NCBI RefSeq assembly: GCF_020745735.1
Contig: NC_083402.1
Location: 7,688,001-7,752,000, forward strand
Direction of reading: 5' to 3'
Length of the DNA: 64,000 nucleotides
Source of the DNA: Hemiscyllium ocellatum
Taxonomy: Eukaryota
Part shown: piece after piece, positions 1 to 12,200 of the stretch
Layout: each line of letters opens with the position of its first letter
How positions within the stretch are numbered: the stretch's first letter is position 1
Notes under the pieces: model-generated
Told to the model about the DNA's origin: nothing
Seen by the model: the letters and a program-made list of their open reading frames with translations, nothing else
The model's database searches: none
Position numbers and translations under genes: made by a program

Positions 1-499
1 ATACTGTCATTCCTTTAGTGTAACTCGGTCAAACCCCTGCAATTCTCACCCTAACAATATCCCTGGGTGCTCCCAGTGAGCCTTGCCTTTTTGTAATGGA
101 ATCAGAATGAGTAAGGTAAAAATGCTCAAAAACACTTGGTGCATCTTGGACAAAAACAAATGAAAGTCCAGCCCAATGTGTCAGGGAAAGAAATTGTGGG
201 AACTGCAGAAATAACATTCAAACCATGCTCTGGCTTCAGCAACCACAACAGAATTTGGTGTCCTGTTAAATCCTGTTGGTTTTAATGGCACTAAAAATAA
301 TTGTCTGTGTGAGTCTGCTATGTCAATTCAAACCAGTCTCATTGAATCTGCATCTGTCTATACATGGATTAGTGTTTAACTAGCCAGTGATCTGTGATCC
401 TGGCTCACCCCTTATCCCCAGGGTGTGTGTTCAGGACGGAAGGTCCAGGATAGCAGCCTGAATCTGTGGGTCCAGTCCCTCTCCCTTCAGTGATACAGG

Positions 500-930
500 G
501 GGACGTGGGTTACCAGGGAGAAGGAGCTAAACTCTTTATCTGATCCTGTGCTGTTACTGTCTCAGAGTGTTTGATGGGAACAGCTTTACTCTGAATCTGG
601 CCATGTGGTCTCCCTGCCCTGGATGTCTTTGAGAGGAATGTTTACTCCATATTCAACCCCAGACTGTCACTGTACTGGGAGTGATTGATAGGGACGGTTT
701 TGAGAGAGCTTTACTCTGTAGTTAAAATTGAACTGTTTGTGTCCTGACAGTATTTGATGAAGACAGCAGAGAGGGGTCTTTACTGAGTGTCCTGAGTGTC
801 CTCCCTTGTGCTGTTCGTGCCCGATGAGGGCTTGGTGGCGACGCTGTTGAGGGAACATTAATTTCAGTTTAAAAGAGTTGAGAAAATTCACTCTCTCTCT
901 AACTGTCCCTGTCCTGGGAGTTTGTTTTTT
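500..930. repeat. Degenerate ~60-80 bp tandem repeat (GCTTTACTCTG...GTGCTGT.CCTGTCCTGGGAGTGTTTGATGGG-like)
   Basis: Motifs recur at ~519-581, 583-635, 641-721 and 901-925. Confidence 0.5.
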
Positions 931-1061
931 CATGGAGATGTGAACTTTAGTTTGTCGTTAACACTGTGCAGCCCAAGCTCTCAGAGTTTTTGACGTTGAC
1001 GTTAAGTATTTTGAGGAATGTATTGGAAGCTGATGCAACATCCTGTTTTCTCAACAGTTGC

Positions 1062-1134
1062 TGTGGTTGGTGCCTCAGTTTTACAACAGTTTTGTCATCC
1101 TCTCGGGTCTTACTGACCACATACAGACTTCCTC
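1062..1134. promoter_or_regulatory. Possible RUNX + PU.1/ETS cluster upstream of the leader ATG
   Basis: TGTGGTT at 1062, ACCACA at 1116-1121 and ACTTCCTC (GAGGAAGT on the minus strand) at 1127-1134, 100-175 nt before the ATG. Motif matches only. Confidence 0.3.
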
Positions 1135-1236
1135 CTCCTGCTTCAGATCGTTTACACTGATCAACATTTCTTCATTGGTGCACAGGACGTCAAGTAACTT
1201 CATATTTTTCTGGAGAAGGAGAAGAGTGAAGAATTG

Positions 1237-1300
1237 ATGATGAAGTCCCTCTACGTTTGTCTTTCTGCAGTCCTCCTGTCAGTCTCAGTGCAGGCTTACA
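1237..1300 (+). CDS. Signal-peptide (leader) exon MMKSLYVCLSAVLLSVSVQAY
   Basis: ATG at 1237, basic residue, hydrophobic core, VQA cleavage-like motif, then a perfect GTAAGT donor at 1301 in phase 1, as is typical of IgSF leader exons. Too short for the ORF track. Confidence 0.85.
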
Positions 1301-2805
1301 GTAAGTACTTTCTAACACTTCCAGAGAGTGAGGGGAGATACAGAACACTGCAGGCACACCCAGGTTTCAGAGAGATACTGGGACAGAACTGATTGAGAAG
1401 TGACAATGATGAGACAAAAGTGTATGCCTCAATTTCTTACAAATAATACTACAAATACAGAACACAGAAAGTCAAAATGTTCCACTTGCTGTAACTAAAC
1501 CATGCAGTTGGTTGACCATTGAGATTTCCTGAATGATGTGCAGTGACAACCTTTCTCTGGTAGATACAAACTAAACTCAGTGTAGAAAGTTCCATCTTGT
1601 CTGTTTCTGCCTCAAAGCTCTTCTGTCAATATGATGAGTGTTAATTACTGTCGGCCAGTGACAATTAACTATTCCTCATGTGAAGATTCATTACTTTCAG
1701 GTTTCATTACCGATTCACGGACTCTTGGACATTTAATGCATAGAAAGAGGTCATTTGGACCATCGTTTGTGTGTGAGTTAGCAAAAATCTGACGAGACCT
1801 CCCCCAGAATACAGCTCTTGATCTTTGTGCCTTTTTTACCAACTGTTTTGAGGATTTTAAACTAATTAATGGGGGATGGGTAGAGGTGGGAGGTGGAAGT
1901 CAATTGGACAGAAGTTTAAAATATCAAAAAGAAGTAAGACAGCAGAGATGCAGGCTACTGAAGAGGCAAATGGGAAGTCTACTAAATCCCAAAATACTGG
2001 TTAAATGTTACTCACGTTTCTAACTCTAACACTCTTTCAGACAGTGAGTGCCAAACTCTTAAATCCCTCTGTATGAAAACGTATCTCTCCTCAACTCTCT
2101 TCTCACCTTTTATTTCTTACCTTGAAGCTGTTTTCCCATTGAGCCTGCCCCACCATCCAATAAGACCATGGGTGACCTTTCCATGGACTCCGCTGTCCTT
2201 ACCCACTTGCTGACCATAACCTGAAATTCCTTTTGTGAAGGAGCTGCTCCTTTAACAAGGTTCGGTTGTCCTTGGGTTTTTTCCTTTTGCCTCTAACCCA
2301 AGCTGCTTCATTTTCACCTGAACTTTAGCCTCTCTAAAGATTCTGAAGGAGTTTCCAACAAATGTAAATGTTGAGCTCCTGCTGTAAGTATCTGTCCTTT
2401 CCTCACGGAAGGAGGCAGCTCCAACTCCAGCTTGTTTGCTCATTCCCACAGCTTGGCTTTAACCACCTTTTTGTAAAACCCCCAAGGTCACTTCCTCCAG
2501 CCCCAGAAAATTTTTGCTGACTGAAAGAGCCCTGACTACACCAAGCAACACCAACCAAAACCAACATCCAGAACAACAGACACTAACACTTACCATTCGC
2601 TGCCTTCAAGTTCAACAGCTCTAATCCCAGTTTGCAACTAAACAACAAATCCTGCAGAGTCCCCATTCTGTTATGGACCAGGCCAGATCCCTCAAACCCT
2701 TTAAGAAGGGAGCCCAGACCTTAACTTTGCTCGTTGTTTTAAACAGGTGTAAAGTGGATATTGCAGGAGAGAATTGGCTGGTCAAAACATTTAGTTTTAA
2801 ATAAA

Positions 2806-2950
2806 ACAGAGTTCATTTACAAGATTTGGAGGAGCTGGTGTTGGACTGGGGTGGACAAAGTTAAAAATCACACAACACCAGGTTATAGTCCAACAGGTTT
2901 ATTTGGAAGCACTAGCTTTCGGAGCGCTGCTCCTTCATCAGGTGGTGTGA
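2806..2950 (-). mobile_element. Short Penelope-like terminal (pLTR) repeat; other copies at ~8598-8660, 16200-16340, 24590-24715, 31285-31345, 44630-44770, 55485-55568 and 61135-61210
   Basis: Recurrent AAACCTGTTGGACTATAACCTGGTGTTGTGTG..CCCCAGTCCAACACC element carrying a CTGATGA..GAAA motif. Confidence 0.6.
2910..2944 (-). ncRNA. Minimal type I hammerhead ribozyme motif
   Basis: Minus strand reads CAC-CUGAUGA-A-GGAGC-AGC-GCUCC-GAAA-GCUA-GUG: intact core, 5-bp stem II, palindromic AGCU stem III and 3-bp stem I. Confidence 0.6.
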
Positions 2951-3139
2951 AACAGGACCATAAGACACAGAATTTCTGTCAATAGATTACAGTGATACAA
3001 CGATACATTGAACAAACCTTGATTATCCAGTCTTTCATCTTTTAGAATGGATTTGCTGGTTTTGATTCATTAATGTGTATTACCCAGAACTGTATTTAAG
3101 TCACATTCTCAAGATAATTTGAGGCTTTATAACAAAAGG

Positions 3140-4300
3140 CTGATGCCCCCTAGTTCTAGTTTCACCCACCAGTGGAAACAACGTCCCTGCTTCTACCTTA
3201 TTCATTTCCTTCATAATTTTACATATTTTTGTAATATTCCCCCATCACTCTTCTAAATCCCAATGAATGTAGTCTCAGCCGACTCAATCTTCCCTCATAA
3301 GCCAAGCCCCTCAATTCTGGAATTAACCAAGTGAACCTCCCCTGCACTATCTCCAGTCCCAATGCATCCTTTCGGAATTAAGGAGACAATACTGCAGGTG
3401 TGGTCTCACCAGCCCCCTATACAGCTGCAGCATAACCTCCATCTTTTTAAACTCCATCCCTCTTACAATGAAGGATAATATTCCATTTGCCTTCAGGAAG
3501 CAATGTATAGCAGCTTCCAAACCCCAGCAGCTTCTCAAAGTTAAACTGAAATCCTTGTTATGTAGGAGCTTAACCCCACTCGTTCAGAGTGCTTCTATTG
3601 TTTCAACTTGTAAAAAAAACACCCAAAGCCTCACAAGCTGTTTACTTTAATGTTTTGAAACAGACTTTTTTTCACCTCTATCTCAACCTCTTTTCATGGA
3701 AAATAAATACCAGGACAAAATATACCTCTGAAAGTCTGAGTATTGTCACACCACGCCAATCCCTAACACCATGGGCTTTTATCTTATTTAGCAGCTTCCA
3801 CTGAAACACCTTGTCAAAGATCATCTGGAAATCCAAGTCGGTCATGTTCTCATTAATGACCAACTTTGTTCTTTTTTATCTAACTTGCCTGTTTCCTCCT
3901 CAAAGATTTCTAACAGATTTATTTCAGGCATGACCTGCCTTTGATGAAGCCATACTGACTCAGCTGTATTTTATCCTGCACTTCCAAGTTCTCTGCAATC
4001 TCATTCTTAGTAATGTTCTCTAAAATCTTACAAACAACTGAGGTCAGACTAACAGCAGATAATTTCCCATCTTCTGCCTCCCTCGCCTTAACAGAGCCAT
4101 GCTGTCTGTTTCTGATTAATCCCTGCCTCCTCAAGTGTAGATTAATTCTGTCCCTTTAAATTGCTTCCAATGGATTCCCCACCACTGAGCTCAGACTCAC
4201 TGGCCTGGAGCTACCTGGTTTATCCCTTGCTCAATTTTTAAATCAAGGTGTCACATGAGCTTTCCTCCAGTCCACTCACACTTCTCCAGCTGTAGATCTA
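3140..4300 (-). mobile_element. Decayed CR1-clade LINE fragments (copy at ~24920-26050)
   Basis: Translated pieces LQLYRGLVRPHL.YC, FDKV..KLLNKIKAHGV and SLTSVVCKILE..IK..I, with stops and frameshifts. Confidence 0.8.
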
Positions 4301-4379
4301 AACTCCATCTCCAAATGTCAGTGGATTACCATCAGTAAAAGAGACAGTCTCATTAGATTATATACTCAACATGGAGAAA

Positions 4380-4720
4380 AAGTGTTGAAAAGCTGCTAAC
4401 TTCCTTTTCTATCGTCAAGTCGGTTTTCTGATGTTGATTCCAGCTTTTTTGAAAAATAAGCCACAAGTTTCTCCATTCCAGCCTCGTTGTCCTGTAGGAG
4501 AACTGCTCCAATCCCCAAATCACAAACATCTCCTGCTAATTGAAATGCTTTATTAAAGTTCGGTGCAGTTATTACACATTTATTTGTTAAAATTACTTTC
4601 AGTTTTGCAATGACTGTCTGGCAACATTCTGTAGCCCATTCCATTTTCGTTTATTTTTCGACCAAGTTAGTTAAGGATGTGACTGCTTTCTTAATATTAA
4701 ATCCAATGCCAAAGGACCTC
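4380..4720 (-). mobile_element. Ty3/Gypsy pol remnant (RT connection/RNase H); copy at ~26140-26500
   Basis: APNFNKAFQLAGDVCDLGIGAVLLQD..EKLVAYFSKKL matches the Gypsy RNase H N-terminal motif (F.L..DAS..GIGAVL.Q..VAY.S.KL). Confidence 0.75.
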
Positions 4721-4989
4721 ATTATCTCTCTCATTTCACTGGCTGTCAATGGACGGTTAGGAAAGGGGCTTTCAGATCTTCATGTTGTTACTTCAACAGC
4801 CAGACTCAAGTTCTCCCCCCACCCTTCTTTCTCTCACTTTGACAGCACTTCCCTCTGTTGCTTCCTCCCTCAAGTGTCAATCAAGCTTCCCCTTCAGTAC
4901 AACAATGGTCACTGTGTCAACCACTTGGTGTATGAGCAGGTTCCACATCCTAACCACTTCCTGCAGAGAAGCTTTTTCTGAATCCCTTG

Positions 4990-6200
4990 GTGATTTGGTG
5001 CTGACTATTGTATTTATGGTTCATAGTTTCAGGGTCCTCCACATTTCCTGTTTTTTGATCCTATCGTACCAGTTATGAAACCCAATGAGTTGGTTCATCT
5101 TTGTGGAGATTTTAAGCAAATGGTTAACCATATAAATACTCATTGAGTATTCATTCAGGCAGCCATTTTCTATTCAAAAATGTTGATGAAGCAAGGTGAC
5201 TCTTTGTCAACCAACCTCACCTGATCAAGCTCGGGTCCAAACCCTTTACTACAATCAGTGATCACTGAACCAGCTGCTTCTCATAAGAGACTGGAACCGA
5301 AGTTGTATCCTTAATTTGGAAAGGTTTCCCGGTATGAGGTTCTCAATCTCGCTGAGCTCTTGTACAAACCTAAGGGTTGGAGTCCAGGGCAAATTTTGTT
5401 AAAGACTGGTTGTATGATCACTGCAACGGCCATTCTGGTATTGACCTCAACCAGAATAGGTCATCATTTAACCAGACTCCAATTTTGATTGGTTCTGATT
5501 TAGGTGTTGTTAAACAAATTAATTATTCTACACCAGATTTAGATGGACTTTCCTGGACACTGACTGATGAGTTCTTTGACTCAGTTTAGGTCGAATGAGA
5601 CTCTTTTACTGTCTCGAGTCCTGATTCCTACAGCAATTACAATGCTGTGCCAGCCTGGATCCTGGAGAAATTTGTCACTATTTGGTTGGAGCTTGGCTTT
5701 GTTTTGGGGTTTTGCTCTGGGCTGACCTGGAGTCCCTCTATTCAGGATATGTCCTGAGTGAGGCTGTGCAATTGCCTTCACTCAGGTGGTGGTTCCCTCA
5801 GCTCAGTCGGTCTGGTGCGGGTGCCCACTTCCAGGGGAATATCCTATTTCTCATCTGCTCCACTTGCTGCATTTTCCATTGGTAAAGCCAGTTGTACTGC
5901 TTGTTTGAAGCGAGTAGGCACTTTTGCATGGTTACATTATTAATCTTACCCCTGTTGTCACTGAAATAATTCCACTAAAAGGCTTGTATTTCATCACCAG
6001 GTCAACCCATATTTACATGTGGAGAGTCCTTGGCATTGATCCAGCTCCCTCAGAGTGAACAGGATATTTAGCATTCCTGTTCTTCTCTGTCAGCCAGGAC
6101 TCCCTGATTGGACCAGATTACCTGCACCAATTAGGGTATTCAAATTCTGTGAGGCCCACCTGGCTGACCTTGTTACAATCACTACACACGCATGATATTC
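4990..6200 (-). mobile_element. Probable decayed Gypsy gag/protease region; copy at ~27350-28560
   Basis: Same strand as, and upstream of, the RNase H fragment. Degenerate C-x2-C knuckle near 6150-6190. Heavily mutated. Confidence 0.4.
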
Positions 6201-6900
6201 TTCACGAGATTCGCTTGATCCCAGTTTTCTATACCTAATAAAAGACTCCTTATTATTCTTGAGCATAGCCTCAATATCTTTGTTCATCCATTATCCCAGA
6301 CTCCGACCAGCTTACTCTTCACTGTAACAGGAACATCATGTCTCTGAACTCTCATTATCTCAGTTTTGCAAACTCTTATTGCCAGTCGTCCCTTTACCTG
6401 TGAACAGTTTACTCCAATCAAGTTTGAAAGTTCCTGTCCCATGCCATCAAATTTTGCCTGACTCTAATTATATACTACTTTACAATGCCTATACTTTTTC
6501 ATAACGAATCTAAAACTAACAAAATGATGATCACTGCTCCCAAACGTTTCAGTCGCTTGCCTTACTTTCCAAGAGAATGTCACATTTTGCTCCTTCTCTG
6601 ATAGGGACAGCTACAGATTGAGACAGAAAATTTTCTTGAACACATTTAACAATTTCCTCACTTGTCCAAGCACCAAACACTATGGCAGTGCCAGTCTCTA
6701 TCTGGAAAGTTAAAATTGCCTTTTATTACAACCCTATTATTCTTACATAGAGCTGAGATCTCTTGACATTTTTGTTCCTCAATTTCCACCTGTCTATTGA
6801 GGGCAGATAGAGCAATCCCATCAAGGTGATCATCCCCGAGGTTAATAACATCGTGAGGAGAACACAGACAGTGAATAACAAAGGTCTTTGTCTCAGAGTG
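6200..6900 (-). mobile_element. Decayed CR1 ORF2 5' (APE endonuclease) fragment; copy at ~28560-29230
   Basis: NNRVVIKGNFNFPDRDW resembles the APE motif ..VI.GDFN.P.I.W. Confidence 0.7.
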
Positions 6901-7089
6901 GGGGGAGTTCAAAGCAAGGGGCATATTTTTAAGGTGAGTGGAGAAAGAATGAAGAGGGACATGATGGGCAAGTATTCACACAGAGGGGGGTTTGTATGTG
7001 AAATGGACTGCCAGAAGAAAAATGCTAGATGCAGGTACAGTTACAACATTTATAGGAAATTTGTACAGGGACATGAATCAGAAAGGTTT

Positions 7090-7290
7090 AGAGCGACACT
7101 TTGGCTCAGTGTTTCGCACTGCTGCCTCACTGCACCAGGGGCCTGCATTCAATTCCAGCCTTGGGCGACTGTCTATGCAATGTTTGCACATTCTCCCTGT
7201 GTCTGCTTTGGTTTCCTCTGAGTGCTCCAGTTTCCTCCCACAATCCAAAAGATGTGCAGGTGAGGTGAATTAGTTAGGGGTAAATATAGA
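7090..7290 (+). mobile_element. Old tRNA-derived V-SINE/HE1-like copy; also ~29450-29650 and ~38990-39270
   Basis: Degenerate A/B boxes and the TTTGCACATTCTCCC.GTGTCTGC.TGGGTTTCCTC core. Confidence 0.75.
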
Positions 7291-7329
7291 ATCCAGGCAC
7301 CCTGAGTGTCCTACTTAAACGACAGAGTC

Positions 7330-7540
7330 AATAAGACTGGGTAACACCCATTGGAAGAGGGCAGGCAGAGGTGACCCTAATTTCCACATCAGTACCACAG
7401 CTTGGGTCGTTCCAGGGGCTGGTGATCTATTACAGGAAGTTCATACATAACCTGACGTCCATCCTGGCACCTTTGTATCAACCTGCTTGTGGTGCCTGCT
7501 TGTACACACATCAGAGTAGTGTGAGCTGATTGGTGGCCCG
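7330..7540 (+). mobile_element. Gypsy RT-thumb fragment
   Basis: SVPQLGSFQGLVIYYRKFIHNLTSILAPLYQ matches V.QLRSFLG.VNYYRKFI..L..I.APL. Confidence 0.7.
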
Positions 7541-7889
7541 GTACAGAATATCCTTCCCAAGGTGTGGTGCCCAGAACTGCTCGTGAATTGAAAAAGACAT
7601 AAAATGAAAGATTATCCTCCTCAGGTTCAAATTCTTCCACAGCATTGGGTCTGTCATCTTCATATACTCACAATATTTCCAAATCTGGCCCCTCCATATC
7701 CCTTATTGTAAATGTAAACTCACCATAGTCCCAGGGGGCATCGGGCCAATCTCTCATTAGCAAGAGATGACTGGTGGTGGTTTCACCAGACTGTAATATT
7801 AAGATCACTGGTGCCTAACTTTCAATCTCCAAGATTGTGAGAATTCCTGCCCAAACCTCTCCAACTCTCTTTCCCCCTTTTAAGTCACT

Positions 7890-8960
7890 CTTTAAGACAT
7901 GGAGCTTGGGAAAATAAATATTGATGGCTTGAAAACAGCCTACATTTCAGAAGAGGAAATGCTGGAGTTCCTGAAAACATAAAGGTGATTAATCATCAGG
8001 ACATGGTCATGTGTATCCCAGGGCATTATGGCACATTAGGGAAGAAATTATGGGGCCTCTAGCAGAGATATTTGCATCATCTGCATCCAAAGGTAAGGTG
8101 CTGGAGGACTGGACGTTGTCTAACATTATGCCTTTATTGCAGAAAGGCTGCAAGGAGATGCCTGGGAACTAGGTGCGGCACGGTGGCACAGTGGTTAGCA
8201 CTGCTGCCTCACAGCGCCTGAAGACCCGGGTTCAATTCCCGACTCAGGCGACTGACTGTGTGGAGTTTGCACGTTCTCCCCGTGTCTGCGTGGGTTTCCT
8301 CCGGGTGCTCCGGTTTCCTCCCACAGTCCAAAGATGTGCGGGTCAGGTGAATTGGCCATGCTAAATTGCCCGTAGTGTTAGGTAAGGGGTAATGTAGGGG
8401 TATGGGTGGGTTTCGCTTCGGCGGGTCGGTGTGGACTTGTTGGGCTGAAGGGCCTGTTTCCACACTGTAAGTCTAATCTAAAAAACTATAACCCTGTGAG
8501 TCTGACATCACTGGTGGATAGGTTCTTGGAGGAGGTTCTGAGAAATAGGATTTACAGGCATGTGAAGAAGTTAGGACTGTTAAGGAATATAATGTGGAGG
8601 TGCCGGTGTTGGACTGGGGTGGACAAAGTTTAAAAACCTCACCCAACACCAGGGATAAGGGATAGTCAGCACTGCTGTGTGCAGGGGAAATCATGTCTCA
8701 CAAACTTGATTAACTTTTTTGATGATATAACCAGAAAGATTGATGAGGGCAAGATGGGAGATGTTATTGACTTGGTCATTTTGCAAAGCCTTTGACAAGG
8801 TTCCGCATGGTAGACCAGTTAGTAAAGTCAGATCACATGGGATTCAGGGGAAGAATATGAATTGGAAACAAAATTGACGTGATGGTAGGAGACAGAGGGT
8901 GGTGATGGGGTTTTGTTTTTACATTGTACCATGTGGCCTCATTTGAAGAATATTCTAAGA
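7890..8960 (+). mobile_element. Decayed CR1 RT fragment interrupted by a SINE; copy at ~30750-31620
   Basis: NY.PVSLTSLV..FLE and AFDKVPHGR motifs. Confidence 0.8.
8172..8483 (+). mobile_element. Young HE1/V-SINE insertion with AACTA target-site duplication, unit 1 only
   Basis: A box GGTGGCACAGTGG, B box GGTTCAATTCC, V-SINE core, (TAATC)n+A tail. AACTA at 8167-8171 and 8484-8488. Empty site at ~31172-31180. Confidence 0.9.
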
Positions 8961-9074
8961 TATCATCCATCTTATTACAGCAATTGACTCCTTGATCAAT
9001 GTCGCAATACCCCCTCCTCTTTTACATTCCCCTTCCCCCACATGTCTCATCTGATGGTTCTATACCCGGGACAT

Positions 9075-11830
9075 TGTGCTGTCAAGCTTGTTGGAGAAAG
9101 TGAGGACTGCAGATGCCCCCACGCCGATCTCCGTTCGCAAGCCTAACCCCGCCCCCCACGCCGAACCCCACCCCTACCCTGATCTCCGTCTCCGCCCCGA
9201 TTCCCGTCCCCACGCCTTACCCCGCCCCCACTCCCAGTTCCAGCCCCACACCAGGTCCTAGCTCCCAGCCCTGACGTGTTTTCACCATCCCTCCAGACCT
9301 CCCCCTCTCTGAGGATGAACGATCGATCCTCAGCAGAGGCCTCACCTTCATTCCCCTATGCTCTCGGATTAACGAGTTCAACATGCGGCGAGACATCGAA
9401 CAATTCTTCCACCGCCTTCACCTCCACGCCTACTTCTTCAACCAGGATTCTCGCCTACCCACTGACGTCCCCTTCTTCCGCCTCCAACACACCCCATCCA
9501 CCTGGACACCCTGTGCTGGCCTCTTTCCTGACCTCGATCTCTTCATTGCCAACTGCCACCGCGACATTAACTGCCTCAACCTCTCCACCCCTCTCACCCA
9601 CTCCAACTTCTCACCCGTCCAAAGCTTCCAACCTCATAGTCCCACAACCCCGCACTGCCCGTTTCTATCTCCTGCCCAAAATACACAAACCTGACTGCCC
9701 CGGCCAACCCATTGTCTCAGCCTGCTCCTGCCCCACCAAACTCATCTCCGCATATCTTGACACGGTCCTGTCCCCCTTAGTCCAAGAACCACCCACGCCC
9801 TCCACCTCGTCCATGATGTTCGCTTCCCCGGTCCCCAACACCTTATCTTCACCATGGACGTCCAGTCCCTGTACACCTCCATCCCCCATCATGAAGGACT
9901 CAAAGCCCTCCGCTTCTTCCTTTCCCACTGTACCAACCAGTACCCTTCCACTGACATCCTCCTTTGACTGACTGAACTGGTCCTCACTCTGAACAACGTC
10001 TCTTTCCAATCCTCCCACTTCCTCCAAACCAAAGGAGTAGCCATGGGCACCCGCATGGGCCCCAGCTATGCCTGCCTCTTCGTAGGATATGTTTAACAGT
10101 CCATCTTCCGCAACTACACTGGCACCACCCCCCACCTTTTCCTCCGCTACATCGATGACTGTATCGGCGCTGCCTCGTGCTCCCATGAGAAAGGTTGAAA
10201 AGTTCATCCACTTTACCAACACCTTCCATCCCGATCTCAAATTTATCTGGACTATCTCAGACTCCTCCCTCCCCTTCCTAGACCTCTCCATTTCTAGCTT
10301 GGATGACCGAATCAACACGGACATTAACTATAAACCGGCCGATTCCCACAGCTACCTAGACTACACCTCATCCCACTCTGCCCCCTGTAAAAACGCCATC
10401 CCATATTTCCAATTCCTTCGTCTCCGCCACATCTGCTCCCAGAAGGACCAGTTCCAATACCGAACAACCCAGATGGCCTCCTTCTTCAAAGACCGCAACT
10501 TCCCCCCAGACATGATCGACGATGCCCTCCACTGCATCTCCTCCACTTCCTGCTCCTCCACCCTTGAGCCTCGCCCCTCCAATCGTGACCAGGACAGAAC
10601 CCTACTGGTCCACACTTACCACGCCACCAACCTCCATATACATCATATCATCCGTCATCATTTCCAACACCTCCAAACGGACCCCACCACAAGGGATATA
10701 TTTCCCTCCTCTCCCCTATAAGCATTCCAAAAAGACCACTCCCTCCGTTACTCCCTTGTTAGGTCCACATCCCCCACCAACCCAACCTCCACTCCCGATA
10801 CCTTCCCCTGAAAATGAAAGAAATGCAAAACTTGCGCCCATACCTCTCCCCTTACCTCCCTCGAAGTCCCCAAGGGATCCTTCCATATCTGCCACAGATT
10901 CACCTGCACCTCCACACACATCATTTACTGCATCCACGGCACCAGATGTGGCCTCCTTTATATTGGGGAGACAGGCCGCCGACTTGCGGTACATTTCAGA
11001 GAACACCACTGGGACACCCGGACCAACCTACCCAACCACCCCATGGATCAACACTCCCACTCCCCCTCCACTCCACCAAGGACATGCAGGTCCTTGGACT
11101 CCTCCATCGCCAGACCATAGCAACACGACGGCTGGAGGAAGAGCGCCTCATCTTCCGCCTAGGAACCCTCCAACCACAAGGGATAAACTCAGATTTCTCC
11201 AGTTTCCTCATTTCCCCTCCCCCCACCTTATATCAGTCCCAACACACGAACTCAGCACCACTCAGCACCACCTTCCTAACCTTTAGTCTTCTTCCTGACC
11301 TCTCCGTCCCCACCCCCACAACGGCCTATCACCCTCACCTGAACCTCCTTCCACCTATCGCACTTCCAACACCCCTCCCCCAATCCCCCCTCCCTACTTT
11401 TTATCTTAACCTGCTTGGCACACTCTCCTCATTCCTGAAGAAAGGCTCATGCCCAAAACGTCGATTCTCCTGCTCCTTGGATGCTGCCTGACCTGCTGTG
11501 CTTTTCCAGCAACACATTGACACCTCTGCTGTCAATCTTGCCTACCCTAAAGAAGCCTTCCACTCCACCCTCCTCTCTGACCTATCACCTTCTTCCCCAT
11601 CCCCATTCACTTATTGTACTCAATGCTAACTTTTCCCCACCCCTACCCCGTCTCATTTGTCTCTCCACTCTGCAGGCACCCTGCCGCTATTTCTGATGAA
11701 GGGATTTTGCCCGAAACATTGATTTTCCTGCTCCTCGGATATTGCCTAACCTGCTGTGCTTTTCCAGCAATCTCGACTCTGGTTTCCAGCATCTGCAGTC
11801 CTTGTTTTTACCTCAGTCCTTGTTTTTATC
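9075..11830 (+). mobile_element. Penelope-like retroelement (RT + GIY-YIG endonuclease), frameshifted
   Basis: RFYLLPKIHKPDCPG.PIVS, GVAMGTRMGPSYACLF, RYIDD and FTCTSTHIIYCI..CGLLYIGETGR (~10900-10980). Inverted terminal piece at the 5' end and two 3' terminal repeats. Confidence 0.9.
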
Positions 11831-11969
11831 TGTCTTTGCAATAACAACTAAATCATATACCAATGTGTTAATCTACACCATCAGCTCATCTGCCTTACCC
11901 ACAAGTAAATGCCACCCAGCCATGCCACACTCCCTTATGACCTCCCTTGATGATATTCACACTGCCTTC

Positions 11970-12200
11970 TGGATTTCCTTGGATCATCTTGTTGGATCAG
12001 TTAGCTTGGTTGGCTGGACAGTTGGTTTGCGATGTGGAGTAATGCCAACAATGTGGGTTTAATTCCCATACTGTCTGTGGGGACCATGAAGGTCTCAGCT
12101 TCTCAACCGCGCCCCTTGTCTGAGGCAGAGTGGCCCTCAGGTTAAATCACCATCAGTCACCTCTCTCTAATGAGACAGCAGTTTTCTGGAATTATGACTT
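11970..12200 (+). mobile_element. tRNA-derived SINE (unnamed family); copies at ~34470-34690 and ~46070-46320
   Basis: AGTTAGCT..GTTGGCTGGAC A-box-like, GGGTT.AATTCC B-box-like and shared GGCCCTCAGGTTAAA.CACCA.CAGT body. Confidence 0.6.

Noticed and set aside
8172-8245. tRNA gene
   Set aside because: This is the tRNA-derived head of an HE1/V-SINE, followed by the SINE body and tail.
9276-11491. Long Pro/Ser/Thr-rich ORFs (9276, 10522, 10814; also 31795, 37886, 37935) as mucin-like host genes
   Set aside because: They are alternative frames of the C-rich Penelope element.
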